Part shown: in pieces, positions 61,961 through 64,000 of the stretch
How the letters are laid out: the number at the start of each line of letters is the position of its first letter
Numbering within the stretch: the first letter of the stretch is position 1
Assembly (NCBI GenBank): GCA_036172245.1
Contig: JAYWIR010000020.1
Location: 3,286,001-3,350,000, forward strand
Reading direction: 5' to 3'
Length of the DNA stretch: 64,000 nt
Origin: Raillietiella orientalis
Taxonomy: Eukaryota
Program-made: the position numbers and the translations under genes
The notes under the pieces: model-generated
Seen by the model: only the letters and a program-made list of their open reading frames with translations
The model's database searches: none
What the model was told of the DNA's origin: nothing

Positions 61961-64000
61961 GAACACTTAAGTGGTCTCAGATGCTTTTTTACGAATCATG
62001 CAACCGTCATTTCGCACCAAAGTTCGGGAAGAATGGGGCACCAAAGAAACGGGAAAACCGTGCGCCTAGACGTTCGGCTGCACCCTACCGCTACGCCTGC
62101 GGGAGCAGCAATTTTTCCAAAGTGTAGTATTTGTGACTTCCTAGCATCCCCTTCACGTCTAACAAGCTTTTTCCTTTTTTCTTTTTAGATCATAGGGGCA
62201 TCAAACAGCCTAGCACATCGGTCGCCGCTTGGTGAATTACAAGTTCAAGAAAAAAATTTGCTTGAATATTAAATGAATTCTGTGGACACGTGAAAGGCGA
62301 AACAAATAAATGCCTATTTTTCGCCCCATTAAGTACCTTAAAGATGAGAGCATATTAATGTTCAGAGATTCCAACTTTCAACGGGGAATGAGGCACATGG
62401 CACGGGAAGCAAATGGAACGTATTTCTCGGCGAACACTGTGGAAAATAACAAAGAATATTTGATATTCCTCGTTGTTTAGGGGTGTCCCCACTTTCAAGA
62501 AGTAGTTTTTATTGAGGAACATATATCTGACTCATCCGGAAGTTCGGTTCGATTACGGGAGAAATCATATGTTTCTGAATGAGAGTACGCCAGGTTTCTG
62601 AGAATCGAAACACAAGAAATGCTTTCTCATGCTGAAAAATTTGAGCCCATAGCTAAAAATCCGTTTGATGCGACCGACAGCTACTATTCCTCTTTCCGAT
62701 TTCTGTTTGTATTTCGATACCGTTTACGACCCATAATTCCTCATTGGAGTCAGCTCCGATGCATGAAAAATGTTTCCTATAATACCTTGCTTGTAACTCT
62801 AGCTACATTCATTTTCCTTTTTTCTAACTGCTTTAAGAATTCAGCAATTTTTTTTTTTTTGTTCACTGTTTCGGTCAGTACAGGCAAATAAGTTGTATTG
62901 GTTGGAATTAAGTTGTAATGATTAAAATGTTCCTATCCGCAACAATAATTATATCATGAGTCACTGGTTTTATTCTTCAAGGTTTTTCAAGTTTTGTGAT
63001 TTCGTGGTCATCGTTCAATCTCTGGTTTTTCCATCTTGGAAAACGAGTGTAGATAGATTTACAACATGTATATAATTATCACATATTCACAAATCTATGC
63101 AGAACAGAAATGCAAGCCTTGAATTTTGAAGTTAGTATGCGGCAAAATTCTCATGGAAAGTCGTTCGGAATTTGTATCCTTCCGGCATTTTTTTCGACCG
63201 TTTTTTTTTTTTTTAATTCGAGTGGAAGGATTATGGAAATAGAATAGATTGCCGTAAGAGACTTACTGATCAAGATTACTTTTTATCTATTAAGCCATTT
63301 CCAGGTATTCCACAGTTAGTTCCCTATCTATGAAATAACCCTGCATTTTCTTCCCTTTTTCAAATTGGATTTTTTTTTGGGGGGGGTAGGGCATTGTGTT
63401 TTTTCTTTAAAAAAAAAAAAATCAAACAAAATTCAGATTCTGTCTTTAGTGAGTTGCCTGACAATTTCAATCAAACTTGGATAATGAATGCATTTTTGCA
63501 AATGTGAACTGCATTAGACTCTGAAACATGTTTGTTGCAATATAGAAGTGCTACTGCCTGCATCTTATCTTTTCTTTTTTTTCCTCGTTCCAGACAATAC
63601 ACACATCAGCACAGTGAGTAAGGTTCCACCATAGCGTTGTCTGCTGGATATGACCGCTGAAGATTCCACGCGCACATTCCATTCAACATAGTCCCTCTCC
63701 TCAGCATATTCGTCTTGTAGGTTCCTACAGGTGTTCTTTCTCCAGAGAAAGTGATAGCATTTTATTGATTTTCGCGATCGAGATCATCCGGCTACTGCCT
63801 CCTTGATGCCATCTGTTTTTGCACACTCCTTGAAAGATTTGCAATGGTCAAGGCCAAGGTTCCGGCAGCAAATCCCCTGTCGTACCTCGACGCGCTTCTG
63901 TTACTTCCCTCCCTATTCAGACTTCGAGAAGCCATCCGGCCCCATTTTCGCAGTGACCTAAGCATCGAATCCCCATCCTCAGCCCAACAGCCGTTCCGTG

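Noticed and set aside
1..64000. CRISPR arrays, prokaryotic operons, rRNA or snRNA genes
   Set aside because: No regularly spaced repeats, no long intronless prokaryote-like ORFs and no recognisable structural RNA sequences were seen.

Overview
Eukaryotic (animal, most plausibly arthropod) genomic DNA; no prokaryotic features. Six spliced protein-coding genes were reconstructed by hand with intact frames: AP-1 mu1 adaptin (+, 13338-15509), a UDP-glycosyltransferase (-, 25069-19750), XPG/ERCC5 (+, 41738-48182), ATG3 (+, 48300-49675), TRMT61A (+, 57691-58861) and TMEM242 (-, 61960-59839). Most introns are tiny (37-64 nt), usually after one long first intron. Intergenic and intronic DNA holds two copies of a hAT-type MITE, two copies of a SINE-like repeat (one with a tRNA-like head), a ~170-bp inverted repeat pair and several decayed non-LTR retrotransposon remnants. 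The most notable observation is that XPG and ATG3 lie in the same reading frame only 117 nt apart. The spacer looks like an intron (GT donors, G-runs, a long pyrimidine tract, tandem AG directly before the ATG3 ATG, no AATAAA), suggesting a dicistronic, trans-spliced or fused XPG-ATG3 transcript. Also notable are 44- and 55-nt introns with U12-type GTATCCTT donors, a GC-AG intron, a 56-aa tandem duplication in the XPG spacer and a Gly-to-Asp change in the UGT nucleotide-sugar-binding signature. All gene models are manual and untested by transcript data.
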